A DNA stretch of 46,790 bases, taken from the NCBI GenBank assembly GCA_028287925.1, contig JAQBOS010000086.1:1-46790 (forward strand), read 5' to 3'. Source of the stretch: Mucilaginibacter sp. Lineage in GTDB: Bacteria; Bacteroidota; Bacteroidia; Sphingobacteriales; Sphingobacteriaceae. The notes beneath the pieces are model-generated. The model saw nothing but the letters and a program-made list of their open reading frames with translations, did no database searches and had not been told where the DNA came from. Numbering within the stretch: the first letter of the stretch is position 1; every line of letters begins with the position of its first letter. This document shows, one piece after another, positions 46,371-46,790 of the stretch. Position numbers and translations under genes: made by a program.

Positions 46371-46553
46371 TTATTCATTTCTCAGCCCACGCAATTTTTG
46401 GTAAACATCTTCCCAATAGGCTTGTAACCCCTCATCCAAAGTTTTGAATGAGGGGTCGGCATGGCGGTAGTGACGGTAATCGTCAGCCTGCATGATCGCC
46501 AGTTCGAGGTCGGTTACGATAATTTCCTTACCATCTAAATCAATGACTTTCAT
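46371..46553 (-). CDS. Small hypothetical protein downstream of PRTRC ThiF
   Basis: 60-aa ORF starting 10 bp after the ThiF stop; IIVTDLELAIMQA..YWEDVYQKL. Confidence 0.65.
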   Translation of the reverse strand: MKVIDLDGKEIIVTDLELAIMQADDYRHYRHADPSFKTLDEGLQAYWEDVYQKLRGLRNE

Positions 46554-46563
46554 AAGCGTGTTT

Positions 46564-46790
46564 TTAAGCTACTTTTAAAGGTGTCGTCTTGAATTTTTTA
46601 ACATTCAGGAATACCCCACGGTATTCAATCATGCCGTCCGATAGCAACTGCCACAGCAACTCACCGCCGTTTACCGCCAAAGCGGTGTTGACAAACAAAT
46701 CCTGCTTCTTTAGGGCTTCGGCCTGTGAACAGCTTGGTTCATCGTGGTCGTCCACTTCCTCCAAAAGCTGTTTAAATTCATCGGTTATTT
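46564..46790 (-). CDS. PRTRC-system ThiF-family protein, C-terminal fragment
   Basis: Frame is open to the window edge; PSCSQAEALKKQDLFVN..LLWQL..G..YRGVFLN resembles PRTRC ThiF C-termini. Confidence 0.75.
   Translation of the reverse strand, partial: ITDEFKQLLEEVDDHDEPSCSQAEALKKQDLFVNTALAVNGGELLWQLLSDGMIEYRGVFLNVKKFKTTPLKVA

Larger units (their letters stand above)
1..46790. mobile_element. Internal part of a Bacteroidota integrative conjugative element (conjugative transposon) with central cargo
   Basis: Bacteroidota-type tra/mob gene set at 1-16.5 kb and a PRTRC-type gene at the right end; no housekeeping genes; integrase and att ends not in the window. Confidence 0.9.

Noticed and set aside
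1-46790. Integrase, att sites, IS elements, rRNA genes
   Set aside because: None recognisable in this window

Overview
The window lies inside a Bacteroidota integrative conjugative element (probably Sphingobacteriaceae/Mucilaginibacter-like; taxon inferred from gene families and promoter type). Positions 1 to ~16.9 kb form one minus-strand transfer region: primase, MobC, relaxase, ParA plus two RHH-like proteins, traE x2, traF, traG, three paralogous exported proteins, traJ/K/L/M/N and the start of a DNA methylase. From ~16.9 to 45 kb is an AT-richer cargo and regulatory region. It holds two LytTR regulators, a LytS-type kinase, a full-length LanB dehydratase without LanC, a membrane-bound LuxR, a Crp protein, MauE/DoxX, an ECF-FecR-SusC-SusD-TlpA cassette, a Fic protein and a C39-like/VKOR/thioredoxin fusion. 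Backbone genes resume after ~45 kb, ending in the C-terminus of a PRTRC-type ThiF. Two short peptide genes missing from the ORF track were found by hand: a Cys-free, Thr-rich putative LanB substrate (19216-19374, minus strand) and a double-glycine-leader, six-Cys peptide (43097-43273, plus strand). The best candidate for an undescribed system is a LanB-only dehydro-peptide signalling module beside the transfer-operon promoter. Other notable signals are a disulfide-peptide maturation operon, an 8-bp-phased centromere-like array, a boxA-like leader with terminators inside the tra operon, and regulatory motifs shared across the cargo. All family calls come from motif recognition; no database searches were run.
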